Shown here in pieces: positions 1-13,100 of a DNA stretch of 64,000 nt. The notes under the pieces were generated by a model. It had not been told where the DNA came from and did not search any database. It saw only the letters and a program-made list of their open reading frames with translations. The stretch is taken from positions 67,952,001 to 68,016,000 of the forward strand of contig NC_059431.1 in assembly GCF_021028975.2 (NCBI RefSeq). Reading direction: 5' to 3'. The first letter of the stretch is position 1; each line of letters starts with the position of its first letter. The DNA comes from Sphaerodactylus townsendi. Its lineage: Eukaryota. A program made the translations under genes and the position numbers.

Positions 1-538
1 TTTATTTTAATATGTTAAAAATATCATCACATAGTCAAGCTTGAAACAAGCTGTTATACAACAAACACTGTTCAGGTCTCTTTGTTTTTTTTGGGGGGGG
101 GGGTGGAGTTCTCTGTTCCTGCTAGTCACAAGGCACAACGTTCCAATGATCTGCACTTGTCAAAGAATAACTATTTCCCTGGAGCCAAGTTATGACATCA
201 GTGACACTCACCAGATATGATAGCACAGATCAAATGAGGCATTCAGAGTCAATGCCCTGTAGCTGTCTGGCCATTCCACTTCATGTGTTGTACTCTTTTC
301 AGACAGAGATTAGTTTCTTTGCCTCCTGTTAAAACGATTCAAAAATAGCCCATGTCACCAGTAAAAAAAAAGAGTGACAGAAGAAAAGGTATTTGATGGT
401 TTACACAGACCTCTGAGTCTGGTAGAAAGAGAGGATCCTTGAGGTAAAGGTGGAACACTTCTGTATTGACTCCAGAAACTCTATGTTCTAAAAGAAGAGG
501 AACCTTCTATATTATTAAAGTAAGCTTTAATTTCTTCA

Positions 539-540
539 GT

Positions 541-587
<47 letters not shown>

Positions 588-588
588 T
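539..588. repeat. (TTTA)n microsatellite
   Basis: About 12 TTTA units. Confidence 0.95.
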
Positions 589-1119
589 TGCTTAGATTTT
601 CCTCTAACATTTGTATCTAAACATGTAAAAAAGTATATGAATTTTTTCATGTTACTAGATTATTCAGTGGTAGTTTTTTTAAATAATCTACATCTGATCT
701 CAGTTGCTGTCTTTCAAATGTATATTTTACATTAGTATGTAATATCACTATCTTCAGGTAAAAATTTGAGTTGCCAGAGATACTTCAAACAACATTTTTA
801 ACAAGAAGCAACACAGTAACATTATGGAGTCTATTGGCATTAAGCTGTGTTTAAATAACACTTATGCTGCAATACAATACCCATTCAGCCATACAAATTC
901 TCATGGGCTTTCATCTGGGGAATCATTTGTTTATGAGAAATGTTACCTAATATAAAAGTGCACCAAAATTATAATGGTTGATTCTAATAGTTCCCCTCTT
1001 ATATGATTAATATTCTGCTGGAGGAAGGCTCCTTCCAATGGAAAAGATCTCCTAGAAGAAGTCTTTCTCTAATGGCAGGTGGCTAACTTCACAGGTGAGA
1101 ACCAATGAATACACACAGC

Positions 1120-1255
1120 CAATGGTAGGATTCAAATAATTTAACAACCGGTTCCGAAAGGACTCAGTGGTGCGATTACACCCGTTCTCTAAACTAGACA
1201 AAAAATAGCTACCGGTTCTACCGAATAAATGCGAATAGACTGAATCCCACCACTG
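1120..1255. mobile_element. hAT-like MITE, 136 bp
   Basis: Termini CAATGGTAGGATTC / GAATCCCACCACTG; perfect 8-bp TSD CACACAGC (1112-1119, 1256-1263). Confidence 0.85.
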
Positions 1256-1429
1256 CACACAGCCCTACAAGTATTAACTCAAAAGATCCCAGAAAAGTTT
1301 TTAACTGATCACTTTGGCAGTTTTAGAAAATACAAAATGCACAGCGTAAGCTTTAAAAAGTTAACTAAACCTGGTATTACAGAAAGATACTATTTTTTTT
1401 AACAAACAGTTAATGGGGTGTAGCGTTAG

Positions 1430-1652
1430 GAATGTGATCTCTAGTCTGTGAAATTCCTGGAAATTTGGGGGTAGAGCCTCGGGAGAGCAGGTGACACACA
1501 GGTTTAGAGGAGGGAAGGGACCTCAGAAGGGTATAATGTCATAGAGCTAACCCTAAAAGAGTGTTTTCTCCAGGGGAATTCATCCTTGTAGTCTGGAAAT
1601 CATTTGTGATTCTGGGAGTGCTCATGACCTCATTCGGAGACTTTCACCTCTA
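1430..1652 (+). mobile_element. Degenerate short interspersed DNA-transposon-like repeat
   Basis: Shares GAAATTCC..GA..TTTGGGGG..GGGACCTCAG..GCCATAGA..TTTTCTCC..GGAA.T.ATC blocks with 35407-35590. Confidence 0.55.
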
Positions 1653-1874
1653 TGTAGTATAGAGAATGGAGCTGGGATTCAAATTCAACTCAACTATGAA
1701 GTTCCCTTTGTGACTGAGCCAGTCACATTCTGTCTGCCTGATCTCTTTTGAGGAACTGTTCTGGGGGCAAACAGGGGAGAGGAAAACATGTATTTCCTTG
1801 AACTCTTTGGAAGAAAAACAAAATCAAAATTGACATCTAAAAGAAAATTTAAAGTACAAAGTTAGTGTACAAAG

Positions 1875-2754
1875 CAGTTCAATGTAGCAAAATGTAAAGT
1901 GATGCACATAGGGGCAAAAAATTCAAACATACACACTACAGAGGTGAGTGCTATCAGTCACAGACCAGGAAAGGGATTTGGGCGTCTTAGTTGATAGTTC
2001 CATGGGAATGTCAACTCAATGCATGGTAGCTGTGAAAAAGGCAAACTCTATGCTGGGGATAATTAGGAAAGGAGTTGATAATAAAACTGCAAAGATTGTC
2101 ATACCCTTATATAAAGCAGTGCTGCAACCGCACTTGAAGCACTGTGTTCATTTCTGGTTGCCACATCTCAAAAAGGATATCAAAGAGATAGAAAAAGTCC
2201 AGAGAAGGGCAATGAGGATTATTGAGGGATTGGAGCACCTTGCTTATGAAGAGAGGCTGCAGTGTTTGGGACTCTTTAGTTTGGAGAGGTCTAGGGGGGG
2301 ATATGGTTGAAGTCTATAAAATTATGCTTGGGGTACAAAATGTTGACAGAGATAAATTTTTCTCTCTTTCTCACAGTACTAAAACTAGGGGGAAGAATTA
2401 GGACTAATAAAAGGAAACATTTCTTCATACAACATGTGATTAGTGTTTGGAATATGCTGCCACAGGAGGAGGTGATGGCCACTAACCTGGATAGCTTTAA
2501 AAGGGGCTTGGACAGATTTATGGAGGAGAAGTCGATCTATGGCTACCAATCTTGATCCTCCTTGATCTGAGATTGCAAATACCTTAGCAGACCAGGTGCT
2601 CAGGAGGAGCAGCAGCAGCAGCAGCAGCAGAAGGCCATTGCTTTCACATCCTGCATGTGAACTCCCAAAGGCACCTGGTGGGCCACTGCGAGTGGCAGAG
2701 TGCTGGACTAGATGGACTCTGGTCTGATCCAGCAGGCTCTTTCTTATGTTCTTA
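1875..2754 (+). mobile_element. CR1 LINE, 5'-truncated (ORF2 C-terminus + 3' UTR)
   Basis: ERDLGVLVD..KKANSMLGII..PLYKA...PHL..CV.FW.PHLKKDI..IEKVQRRA; YEERLQCLGLFSLE; ends in TTCTTATG repeats. Confidence 0.95.
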
Positions 2755-3371
2755 GTGCTCAAATTCAGCTGTTATGCATTTACATTTAAATTATTGAACA
2801 TGCATTTCAAATTTTTGAAAATAAAGACTTCAACCTGGCCAAAACTGAGTTGAAGACATATAATGGAAAAAGGTATATCTCCAGAGGGGAATAGACCAGA
2901 GACTGTCAGGCTTGGCTTTAGGAGAGGGAGGTGTGTGGAGTTGCTTTCGCTTTTGCAGGTGCTTGGCTATCTATCTCTCTGGCCTTGAGGCTCTGCTACT
3001 GGGATGACCCTCAAGTCTGGGTTTCTCTTCACTGTACTGTTCTCATGTGGGTCTTATTATCAATTACTTGGCGTCTTTTTGCCAGAATCATCTTCTTCCT
3101 TGTTCTCTGAAGTCTACCAATAAAATCCTTGAACCACTCAAGTGTTTATTGGGTTCAGATCTAGGGGATTGACAGAGACTTACTTTTTTAAAAAATGAAA
3201 GCTAGGAATTTAAAGAACTGCTAAACCTAAATGTTGTAGGTGTGTGCATTGATAATGAAACTGCTGGCCTTGGGGGGGGGGCGCAGAGGGAGTGGTTTGA
3301 TAAGTGGGCTGGAGGTAAAGGTGGAGGTGGGTTGGTGTAGGTAGAACAAAGGAAACCCACAGAAACATTGG

Positions 3372-4992
3372 GGCTCTTTCCGCATGGGCGGAATAGAGTG
3401 CCCCAGGGACGGCAAAAACGCCATCCCTGGGGAGAGGTTTGCATGGCTGCCACCACTGCATTGCAGCAGCACCGGTCTTGCCACCCCCAAACAACACGAA
3501 GACGCTGCTTCCAAACCGCATTCCTTGACTGAGGTTTTTCGGAAGCAGCATCTTCCATCTGCAGTTGTGCAAACGGCAGCTGCTAGAAGGTGCCATTTCC
3601 CCCCACTGTCCCTGAACGCCGTTTCTTGTCTCCTGGCTTCTGGCGCATCACAGAGGCCAGGGGACATGCCCCCTGGCCTGCAACTCCAGAGCCACCACTC
3701 CAGCCTGCGGGGGGTGTTACCTGGCCTCTGCGATGTGCCGGAAGCCAGGAGACAAGGGATGGCATTCGGGAACGGCGCAGCCTGTGCAAAGGCTGCACTG
3801 CCACCTGCACCCTTACCGGGGGGTGTTTCCCCACTTCAGAATTAAAGTGGAGGCAGACCGGGCTCGTAAGAACCAGGTGTTTTTGAGCGCGAGTTAATGT
3901 TCCCCACTGCAGTTTGTCTATTAGGGGAACTCACCTTTCTGCTGTGGTTTTTTAGAAGCAGCACTCCTCACAGCCCTGCTGTCTGCAGAGATCGGCAGGG
4001 CGGGTCTCTGCTACAATTGGCTGGAGTCCCGTTTTGGAGGCTGAACCTTTCTTTTTTTTTTAATTTCTTCTTCCTGGAATCAATGTTGAACCATCCCCAC
4101 ATGCACACGTCATCACAAAGCTGCCCAATCCCAGTTCCCTGCTTTTGGTGCTGGCTTTTGATTGGCCAGCACATTGCCGTGCAAAAATTTGCTGAACTTC
4201 CTGGTTGTTCGTTTGTGGTTTCATGATAATGCTGGGGACAGAAACTGTGGGGATTCATTGTGCTGTGTTTTGAGTGAACCTAAATAACAGTGGGACCGAT
4301 GCATCAGAATCCCGCTGCTTTCAGCCCAAACAGAAAAACCTCATCCTTTTAAAAAATCAGCCCCAATTCCTTCATAGACAATTTTTTTCTTTAAAAAAAA
4401 TTAGTCATCCCTGGTGGGACTAGAACTCACAAGCTTTCACATTGTGGCACATGCAAACAAAGCACTGTATTAGCTAGGTGAGCCAAAGCAACCCTAGTGG
4501 AAGATATGGGTAAATACTAGGCTTTAAGTGAGTGCTCCCTTTCATTGCTATGTAAATGTTGACCCTACGTTGCAACATAGGGTCAAATACACAACGATCT
4601 CTTCTCCCCGCCATCGGGAAAAAAAAAGGCTGTGCGCATTGTGCAAAGCCCACTGCTTCCTTATTGGGCAAAAGGCTACACATCACTAACAGGGGCGGGA
4701 AACTCAAACCCCAAATTCACCACCCAGACTTCCCCACTGCCCCGTACTCTGCCCGGGGTTTTCCTAAAGGTGCTCTTCAGGATCTTAAATGACGCCTGCT
4801 GAGGGGGAAGGAGAGCGGCAGAATAGGGGTGCCTGCGTTGTTGCCGCTGGTGTAGTGGGGAGTGCAGCCAGACCTCGAGTTATTTGCCGCCAGTAACCCG
4901 CAACAAATGGTGAGTGGGGAAACGACTGGGACTGTCCATGCAAATGGTCCCGAGGGGGTGCGTCAGCATTGTTCGTCTGTGCGGAAAGGGTC
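3372..4992. mobile_element. Putative PIF/Harbinger-like non-autonomous element with an internal hairpin
   Basis: Imperfect TIRs GGCTCTTTCCGCATGGGCG / CGTCTGTGCGGAAAGGGTC; GC/CpG-rich interior; inverted arms ~3608-3662 and ~3718-3775. No clean TSD. Confidence 0.45.
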
Positions 4993-5152
4993 TAAGTGTG
5001 AAAGAAAAGGCAACTCTAAATTGACTTCCAGAACTTTAGCAGACTGATCTCAAAAGAACCAGAAGAAAAAAACTGAGGAAGTGGGTCAGGACACAAGCGA
5101 AAACTAAAGGCTAAAAATGTGTGTGGAAATCAGGGAATAAGTTGGTGCAATG

Positions 5153-5344
5153 TAGAGGTGGGATCCAACCAGTTCTCACCACTTCTCTAGAAGTGGTTAC
5201 TAATTTTTTCTAAGTGCCAAGAAGGGGTTGCTAAAGCAACCTCCCTGCCCAATAGGGACTGGAGGTGTGTGTGTGTGGCAGCACCACTGTTTGAATCCCA
5301 CCACCATCAGAACCTGTTATTAAAACTTTTGGATCCCACCACTG
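5153..5344. mobile_element. hAT-like MITE, shorter relative of 23218-23609 in the opposite orientation
   Basis: Termini AGAGGTGGGATCC / GGATCCCACCACTG and shared internal blocks. Confidence 0.8.
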
Positions 5345-6151
5345 GAATGCCTTGCAGGCATTTCGAGGTGCTTTATGACCGCATTTTCCAGTTGCTGTTT
5401 GGTGGTTTCCAGTCTGTGGACAAGCTCAGTTTTTTTCTTGGAGAGCTGCTGCTAAGTCGTTTTCACTCTGCCTTCTGGAGAGTCAAAGCTGCAGCTGGGC
5501 ACAGAACCAGGAAGGTTATGCCAGTGAACATGGGGACATTGCTTTGATACAGCTATCTAAAAATGGGTGAGTGATGTTGGGGGGCACAATTTTAGTTCTT
5601 GTCCCAGGTGCTATTTCCTATAGGTATGCCCCTGCTGCCCACTTCTGTGCCCACCATGTTACCCTTCCTCTCTACCTTTCCCTCTGTTGCACCAGCAGCA
5701 CTTCATGTTTGAAACAAAATTAATGCATGTGATCTCAAACTTTTCAAGTTAGCCTGTCACTGCTTGCTGAAAGGATTCCTCCCCTGCTCCTATTCCTTCT
5801 GAGGATTGTGCTGCTGAAGTTTATAGTCTATGGAGACTCAGCAGCTAGCTGCTGTGGCAGGTATTTATTGAATGTTGGATCCAGTTTTGGACTTACTGCT
5901 GTTTCTTTGTGAACATCAAGTGACACAATGGTAAGAAAAAGAGTTTAGTAAATCCCTCAGAATAATATTCATGTCTTCTTTCACACAGGGATGTGAAAAT
6001 CCATTCCCAAAGAAGTAGTAAGATGAGTGGCAAATGAGAAGAAAAGAACAGCATCCACATAACCTGTCCCTTCTGTGTTTCCTGTTTTCCCACCCACATC
6101 TTGCCTCCCCACTTTCCCTCTGTTGCACCAGAGCAAAAATGCCTACACAAT

Positions 6152-6640
6152 GGCTCATTCCACATAGCCCTGAAAACGTTTTCAAAAACTTCCATTTGTC
6201 AATACTCACCCCCTCAAAAACGCTTCCTGGCCACCATTTTGTGCTTGTTCCAGTTTTTTAAACTTCTCCTCAGATTCATAGTTCCAAAGTCTTGGTGCTG
6301 CAGTTATCAAGGGGTTGTGTCTATGTAGCTATGTAGACATGACCCTCCCAAAATTAAGAAACCTAATGGAAATACAGTGTAAAATGTGTGGCATGAGCTC
6401 AGAAAATGGCACCAATGAGAAAGTCCAAGGACTGTGGAGAGATGTGGGAAATGTTTTAAAAAGATCGCACAGCAAATGAAAACGTTTTCAAAACATTTTC
6501 AAAAAATAATTGTTAGGGAATAGCATGTAAATGAAACATTTTCAGGCAGGAAATAAAACATTTTGGGCTAAAAAGCTCCATGCAAGAAATGTTTTATTTC
6601 CTGCCTCAACATGTTTTATTTGGTTTATGTGGAATGGACC
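6152..6640. mobile_element. PIF/Harbinger-like MITE
   Basis: TIRs GGCTCATTCCACATA / TATGTGGAATGGACC; flanks AAT/AAC; repeated AAAACGTTTT/AAAACATTTT motifs inside. Confidence 0.6.
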
Positions 6641-7619
6641 AACCGCAGCAAAACAAAACAAAATCTTCAATCTCAGCTTATCTCTGCCTCCTATCTTTCA
6701 TGTGAACACTCTGTCCACAGCCAACCCACAATTTCCCAATGAGCCACATTTAGGAAGGGTTAGTTTTTAAGAAGGTTTTGGCTCACTGGGGGAAAAGATA
6801 GGAACCAAGCATGTTGTGTCTGGATTGAGCATAATGTCACGTGGGTGGTCCTAAATTAGGCAGGGCTTCATTTTGTCCACATGTGGGAATATATTTGTGT
6901 GGAAGCATCCCATAGCTACAAGAGATGTCCCCTGCTGGATCAGACCAAAGGTCACTTCTAGATCCTTTCAAGAAATGCACAAGTAGAATATGAAGGACCT
7001 CTTCCCACCATTTGTTCTCCAGCAATTGGTCTACTACCTCTGAACCTAGAGTTTGTATTTAGATACTGTGATAAATAGTTGCTGCTGGACCTACCTGAAT
7101 GTTTGGCAGTGACCAGTATACTTCATACATTACTCTCATATGTATGTTTCATAAAATATGTAACATTCACAATTTTACATTAGTTTCTTTTCTGCATCTG
7201 AGAACAGAAACCATGCCATCTAGCAGTTATCCATGTCTCCCACAGGATTCCCACATGTCTCCTCTCAGTTTGGATTGCTGTTAGCAGCACATACTAGTCA
7301 TGTTGTTTACAGCTTTGTTGACATTACCTTAATGCCATGCTTTGAAGAACTGTGGATATTTTCATTTCTGTTCCACTGGCAATGTTACCATACCTGGCTG
7401 CTTCACAGACAATGAGCCAGAGACAAATGTGGACTAATGTGCTGGTATATTTAGTACATCATCCAAATAATTTTTAAATAGTCAGCCACTGACTTTAGGG
7501 AGAAGGTTTTTTTTACATCTGAGAACAGAAAAAAAATCTTTAACTATCATTAATCTCTAATACAACAGTTAATTAAAAACCCTTAATTATTCTGATTACA
7601 CAATTTTAAGTAAGCTCTT

Positions 7620-8480
7620 AATCTTCTTGAGATCTCTTTGGCATTTGCTATAGAAGTACTTTGCTGCTGTCCCTTATAGGCAAAAAGGAGTCCTTCCCAC
7701 ATAAACCAGGAGAATCTTACCTGATTTTCTTTAAAATGTCCATCAAAACCACATATTCTTTCCTTTTCTGTAGAACTCTTACAGGAATCACTCTAATTAA
7801 AATGATGTCCATGTTTTCTATTGTGATTGTTGACTTCCTGCCAAGATTTGATCTGTCATTTCTTTGGAGCAAAAGTAGATGACAATGTCTCCACATAATC
7901 CTTTCACTTTTGTTTTTTTTAAATGGAACTCTATAAATTTTTTCAACCCTTGATGCCAATTATTCTTCCTTGATCTTTAGATAGTTGGCTAAAGATGAGA
8001 AGATCTCCTTCCTCATTCTTAAGGTTTTCTCTCTAATCTGGTACTCCAGACAAAGAGTGGCTTGATTATGCATTTTGACTTTACAGAGTTTTAATGGAGA
8101 ATCCAGTCTCTCCTCTCTCTCTGGTTGCTGACATCTTCTAAAATGTCATTTCTGTTCCAGTTTTTGTTTTGGCAGCTTACCAGCTGAAAAAAGGATAAGC
8201 TCTGGGGTCTTCTTGATTTTAAAAACACTCTAGCATCTTTTTCTCTGGAAGTTCCTTTTAGTTTAGCTTTATTTTAATTCTTTTCTATATATTTTCTTCT
8301 CTATTCTTTTCTCCATTTTTTCATCATTGCATACCTTTTAGGAAGATCTTCTGCTTTTTGTCAGGTTTATTGGCAGCAGAGATTGAACTTCTTTCATTGA
8401 TCTCTTTGTATCATCATTCCATTTCTCAGAGGTACACCGCTTGAGTGTTTCATCCCATGGGAAGGTTAAAGGCTCAGGCT
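7620..8480 (-). mobile_element. Degenerate L1-like ORF1 fragment
   Basis: Purine/A-rich minus strand with broken ORF1-like peptides (VEKIYRVP, WEGLLFAYKG); many stops and frameshifts. Confidence 0.45.
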
Positions 8481-8841
8481 CAAGCTGGAAAAGATGGCGA
8501 TGCCACTAAGCTCTGACTTCTTGATTCTAGAGGATCACTACAATGAGTTTTTTCCCACATGATCTTACCTAAAGGAATTCACCTCAGGAACACATGTGGC
8601 TTCCTTTGTTCTCCTTCATCTGGAGGACTGCACACTTGTGCTTCATTGTCTGGAGCGAGTCCAAACAAGACCACACAGAGCCATTTCTATACTGGAAATC
8701 CTCCCCTTCTAGATAGGAAAGCTATGATGTAGTTGTGTGGTGGTAGCCACTGGGCTAGGACCACTTGCATGGTAGAAAACCCTCAAGGACTTCTGGGGAG
8801 CAACTCACTGTCCTCTGTATCTACCTCAGTGCACTATTTCC

Positions 8842-8842
<1 letters not shown>

Positions 8843-8928
<86 letters not shown>
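8843..8928. repeat. (TTTC)n microsatellite
   Basis: About 21 TTTC units. Confidence 0.97.
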
Positions 8929-9967
8929 AGTAACCCCATATCCTCTCCCTTTTCCTGCTTTATTCACTCCGTCTCAGTCATCCACAAACCTACCTTTTAT
9001 CTACCTCAAACCTTCAGTTATATTTATTATTTATTTTCTTCATCCACACCCACTTTTCTTCACAATGTGAACCAAAGCAGCTTACATAATTTTCCTCTCC
9101 TTTTTATCTGCACAGCAACCCTTTAACTGGCCTGAAATCATCCGGTGTACTTCCACAGCAAGATAGGGATTTGAACCTGGGCCTCCGTGACCCTAACCTT
9201 AAGTTCTAACTCCTACACTAAACTGGCTTTCATAGAGTGGCTTCTGTTGAACAGTAGCAAGCAGCTGGACCTAGCTGAGTAATGCAAATCAGGTGGTATT
9301 AAGTCAACCAGTGGACCCTGCTTAGACTCCACCACAAAATCTCCAGGAATTTCTCAACCATTCTAGTTAGGTCTGGCCCCAAGATGCCCTTCCTCAAAGG
9401 CCAATTCAGGCCTGGAAAGGGCTCTGCCTCCTATCCCTTGCTTTTACTAACAGAACAAAGCCTTGGAAAGCCATGGCTATCTAGCAACAGCCACTGAGGG
9501 AATTTGTTGCTCAGAGTTACAGTCACTCCTTTTACCATTTGGGGGTTTTAATGGACCCAAAGTATTTATGTGTATATATATATAACATTTTTCTGCAAAC
9601 TTGGTGCCCTTTTCAGGTTTGTATAAAGATTTGTCTTGCTCTTTCACAGCTCCTGTCACTGATTTCAGCATAGAAAGATTTGGTCAACTTTGCTATTTGA
9701 ATATAAGACAAATGGTGACCTGAAAAAAGGGTTATCATTATCTAACTAATTTTTTTTCTGGAAAAATTGGGCACAGTGTTTGGGCTAGCCATAAAGTCAG
9801 CAGAAGGGCAAGATGGAGATATTTGGCACTCCAGAATCTCACTTTTGCATATAGGAAATCTAGGTATCCGCTACACAATCATACTAGAACTACCTTTTCA
9901 GAAGAGCATTTTACCCAAAATTGTTACAAGGAAAGATTGTAATCCCCTTCATTTTATCTTTCAGAAA

Positions 9968-10113
9968 ATGAATAAATCAACTGGTCTGAAACGTCATGAG
10001 GTGGTAATCTATGATGCAAACGGCTTGAAGAACTTCTGGGAGGAAATCATTGAAGTACACACAAAGCAAAAAGAAGGAGAGGATTCCCGCTTAACCAAGA
10101 GTGCTTTGAATAA
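9968..10113 (+). CDS. FAM240C: FAM240C-like coding exon A
   Basis: Acceptor TTTTATCTTTCAG| at 9964, 3 nt before the ATG, implying an upstream exon. Donor AA|GTGAAT. Confidence 0.85.
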
Positions 10114-13100
10114 GTGAATAAATTTGCATGCAGGCTTTCTGGCAAAAGAATGTTATTGTATGATTTAAATATGACTATTAACATTATTGAATCACTGATT
10201 TTGCAATCTCCAGAATAAACCAGCACACCTGAAGTTTACACAGGCCCTTAAAAACATTCCCACATTAACAGTGCAATCCTAAGCAAAGTTACCCCCACCT
10301 AAGCAGGGGTGTGAAATCAGATATTGTGAACACAATGAAATGTCCCACCTTTTCAGAATGGTATACACTGTCAATAATAGATGCTGTGAAAGGACTTTGC
10401 AACAATTCCCAGTGCCAATATTTTTTATTATCAATAATATTAGGAATCATGTCAGGGAGGCAGGAGACACTAAAGAAGAGGGAATGCTACCCAGTTGGGC
10501 CATGACACACAGACCCTCTAAATTTTAAAGGGCAATATTTTCCTATTTCTGTAGGACCTGGTCTCCAGAATCCAGATATTTACCACCAATAGACAATTGC
10601 CTTTTCTTCATGCACAACTTACCATAGATTTTCCCAGTGGTTCAACCTTGTATCTTGGAAACAGTTTCTGTAAAATCATTCTACACCAGGGGCGTATTGC
10701 CCTAAAGACATGGGGACACCCATGTCCCCAGGCTCACATCATTTGGCCACACCTTTCAGTGCTGGACAAAATGATGTGCGCCAGAACCACCTTCAGCGGT
10801 GCCCTGCCCCTCCCCCCGGCCTGTTACATCACTAGTTCAATATGATAAAGAGATTTTATGTCTTTAAATCCCTTTTGAAAACAGAAGAGAGGGGAGAGAA
10901 AATAGCTGAAAGGGAAGTTGGGCAACTACCCAGGACATGTATAAGGGCCAGGTGTTTGCACAAAATGATAGCCAAAACCAACAACAACTGGACCAGGCAC
11001 CATTACCTGAAGAACAGACACATGCATGCTGACCCACCCCTCACACACAAAGAACCACATTTTCTGGCTAATTAGAGCTGCAGCAACTAACAATTGTTAC
11101 TGCAGCAGTCTTTAGTCAATTTCCACTGCAAAAGCAACTTCCCTGTCAATTTCACTTGTTCCTAACTGCAGACACTAGCCCATTATGCATGGAGCACTCT
11201 CCTTCGGGCTGTTCACTGCACAGTGGAGTCATAGTGGGACCTCTTCACATTTTTATGTTTCCATGTGAGGAGGTGCCTCACTGCCTGCTGTGCAGTTTGC
11301 CTGCCCCCACTTACAGGTTGCTTCTAGTCCTTGTGAGACTGCTGGCTTTTTTTTAAAGAGCCAGTAGATCTAACTGATAAATGAGGGTGGAGGCAGAATG
11401 CATTCAGGCTGCTTGTGCACTCAGATGGGATCCATCTCTGCTCTGCCAGGCATTCATTCATTCATTCATTCATTCATTCATTCATTCATTCATTCATTCA
11501 TTCATTCATTCATTCATTCATTCATTCATTATTAAACTTATATACCGCCCTCCCCCGAAGGGCATGCTCTGGAGTACAGTGGTTCTGTTCAGCTCTATCT
11601 GCTGCTACTACCTTCCCTTCCTCTCTTTCTCCCTCCCTTTGACAGTTCTCTCACAGACCAGAAAGAGCAGAAATCCCAAAGCAAGGGAAAACATCAGGGT
11701 TTCCCTGCTCCCACTAACCAGAGCTTGCTAGATTTGCGGTGCTTTAAAACAGAGTATGTCTGCAAGGAAATCTCTGCCATGTTTCCTTGCTGCAGAGCAG
11801 AGCAGCAATGTATAATCGGCCAATGTATCTTCACTTTAATATTACCTCACTAATTCTAAAGAAAATTGGCAAAGCTGCCACAATGAATCTGGCTTTTGTC
11901 TTTGCTGTAGAGTAATATTGTAGCACCCCCACCCCCCAAAAAATTGTCCCTAATTGTTTGTATCAGTCAAGGGGAGGTTAGGCAACTACATAAGGGTATG
12001 AATAAGGGCCAGGTCTTTGGTGGGGTGGAGAAACATGATCACACTCTCATGGGAAGCTGGCTCAGAAATGAATTTTTAAAATCACAGTAAAAGTGCTCAG
12101 AAAAACAACACATAGAAAAAATGAAAGTAAAATGTTTCCAGAATCAAAAAGAGGAAACAAATGGGTGGAATTAAAAGAAAAAACATAGCCTTTTTACTGC
12201 AAGATAAACAGTAAACAAGGCCAATAATGCTCTTTAATTATAAACTCCCTCAGAGTCTGGAAAGGGGGCAGGTCGTCTGCCTACAGGAATGGCTCTTTAA
12301 AGTTTAAAAGGCCAATGGTCAATTCCACACAGCATAATAATTACGGGTTGCACCCATTATTTTTTAATCCAAGTCAGTTCCCCCCCCCCTTCATTTGGGT
12401 GCCCATTTTCTGTGAAGTAATTGAGTTGAGGTCAGGCAAGAACAATCCATTTTATTTCTGCCCCTTCGCACAACCCCCTCCCCTTTTTTATAATGCATAC
12501 ATACCAACGCAGGCACAGACATCCCATTTTTCCTGCATTCTGATTGGCTGTGCCATCACCACAGCCCCCCCTTTCTGCCTGTTCCCATCCTCTGCTAAGG
12601 GAATGCTTCTGATTGGTGGAGAATCTACAGCAATTCCGGGAGCTCAAGCAGGACCTCCCCCTCCCATTTCTCCAGTGAGAAAAAAAGTTTAGGATATTGA
12701 AATCATGACACATGAAAAGATGAAGCATGCAACCACCACCTTGATGTTTTGATATACAAAACAATAAAATATGTCCAGAAAGGAAGCAAAGCAATGTGTC
12801 CCATTCACATTCAAAGGTGTGCATCTGCATAGCTACTTTCATTGAGCTCCAAAAAATTTTTTTAAGGAAATGTGTTTGTTGTGAATGTGTTTCTATATGA
12901 ATATGGGTGAAATGGCACAATCACTGTCATGGGGAGAAGACATGCTTGGGGGATGTTTTGGAAATAGCAGACTGTGAGTCACACCAGATGGCAGCTCAGC
13001 AGAAACAAAATGGAAACTAGGTAAGGTGGGAAATGGGCAGCTTGCAGGAAAAATGGACAAGGGGGGAAAAGCATTTGGCACCTGGGCTGTTTCCTTGGGA

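Noticed and set aside
3202-4258. Cluster of 80-150 aa ORFs
   Set aside because: GC-rich repeat interior with a hairpin; no recognisable domain or splice structure.
9767-10117. 116-aa ORF as a single-exon gene
   Set aside because: Only 9968-10113 is FAM240-like. The upstream part is intronic, ending at the acceptor at 9964, and the TGA lies within the splice donor.
466-11731. Low-complexity ORFs (IYLF, SFFL, FIHS repeats)
   Set aside because: Translations of (TTTA)n, (TTTC)n and (CATT)n microsatellites.
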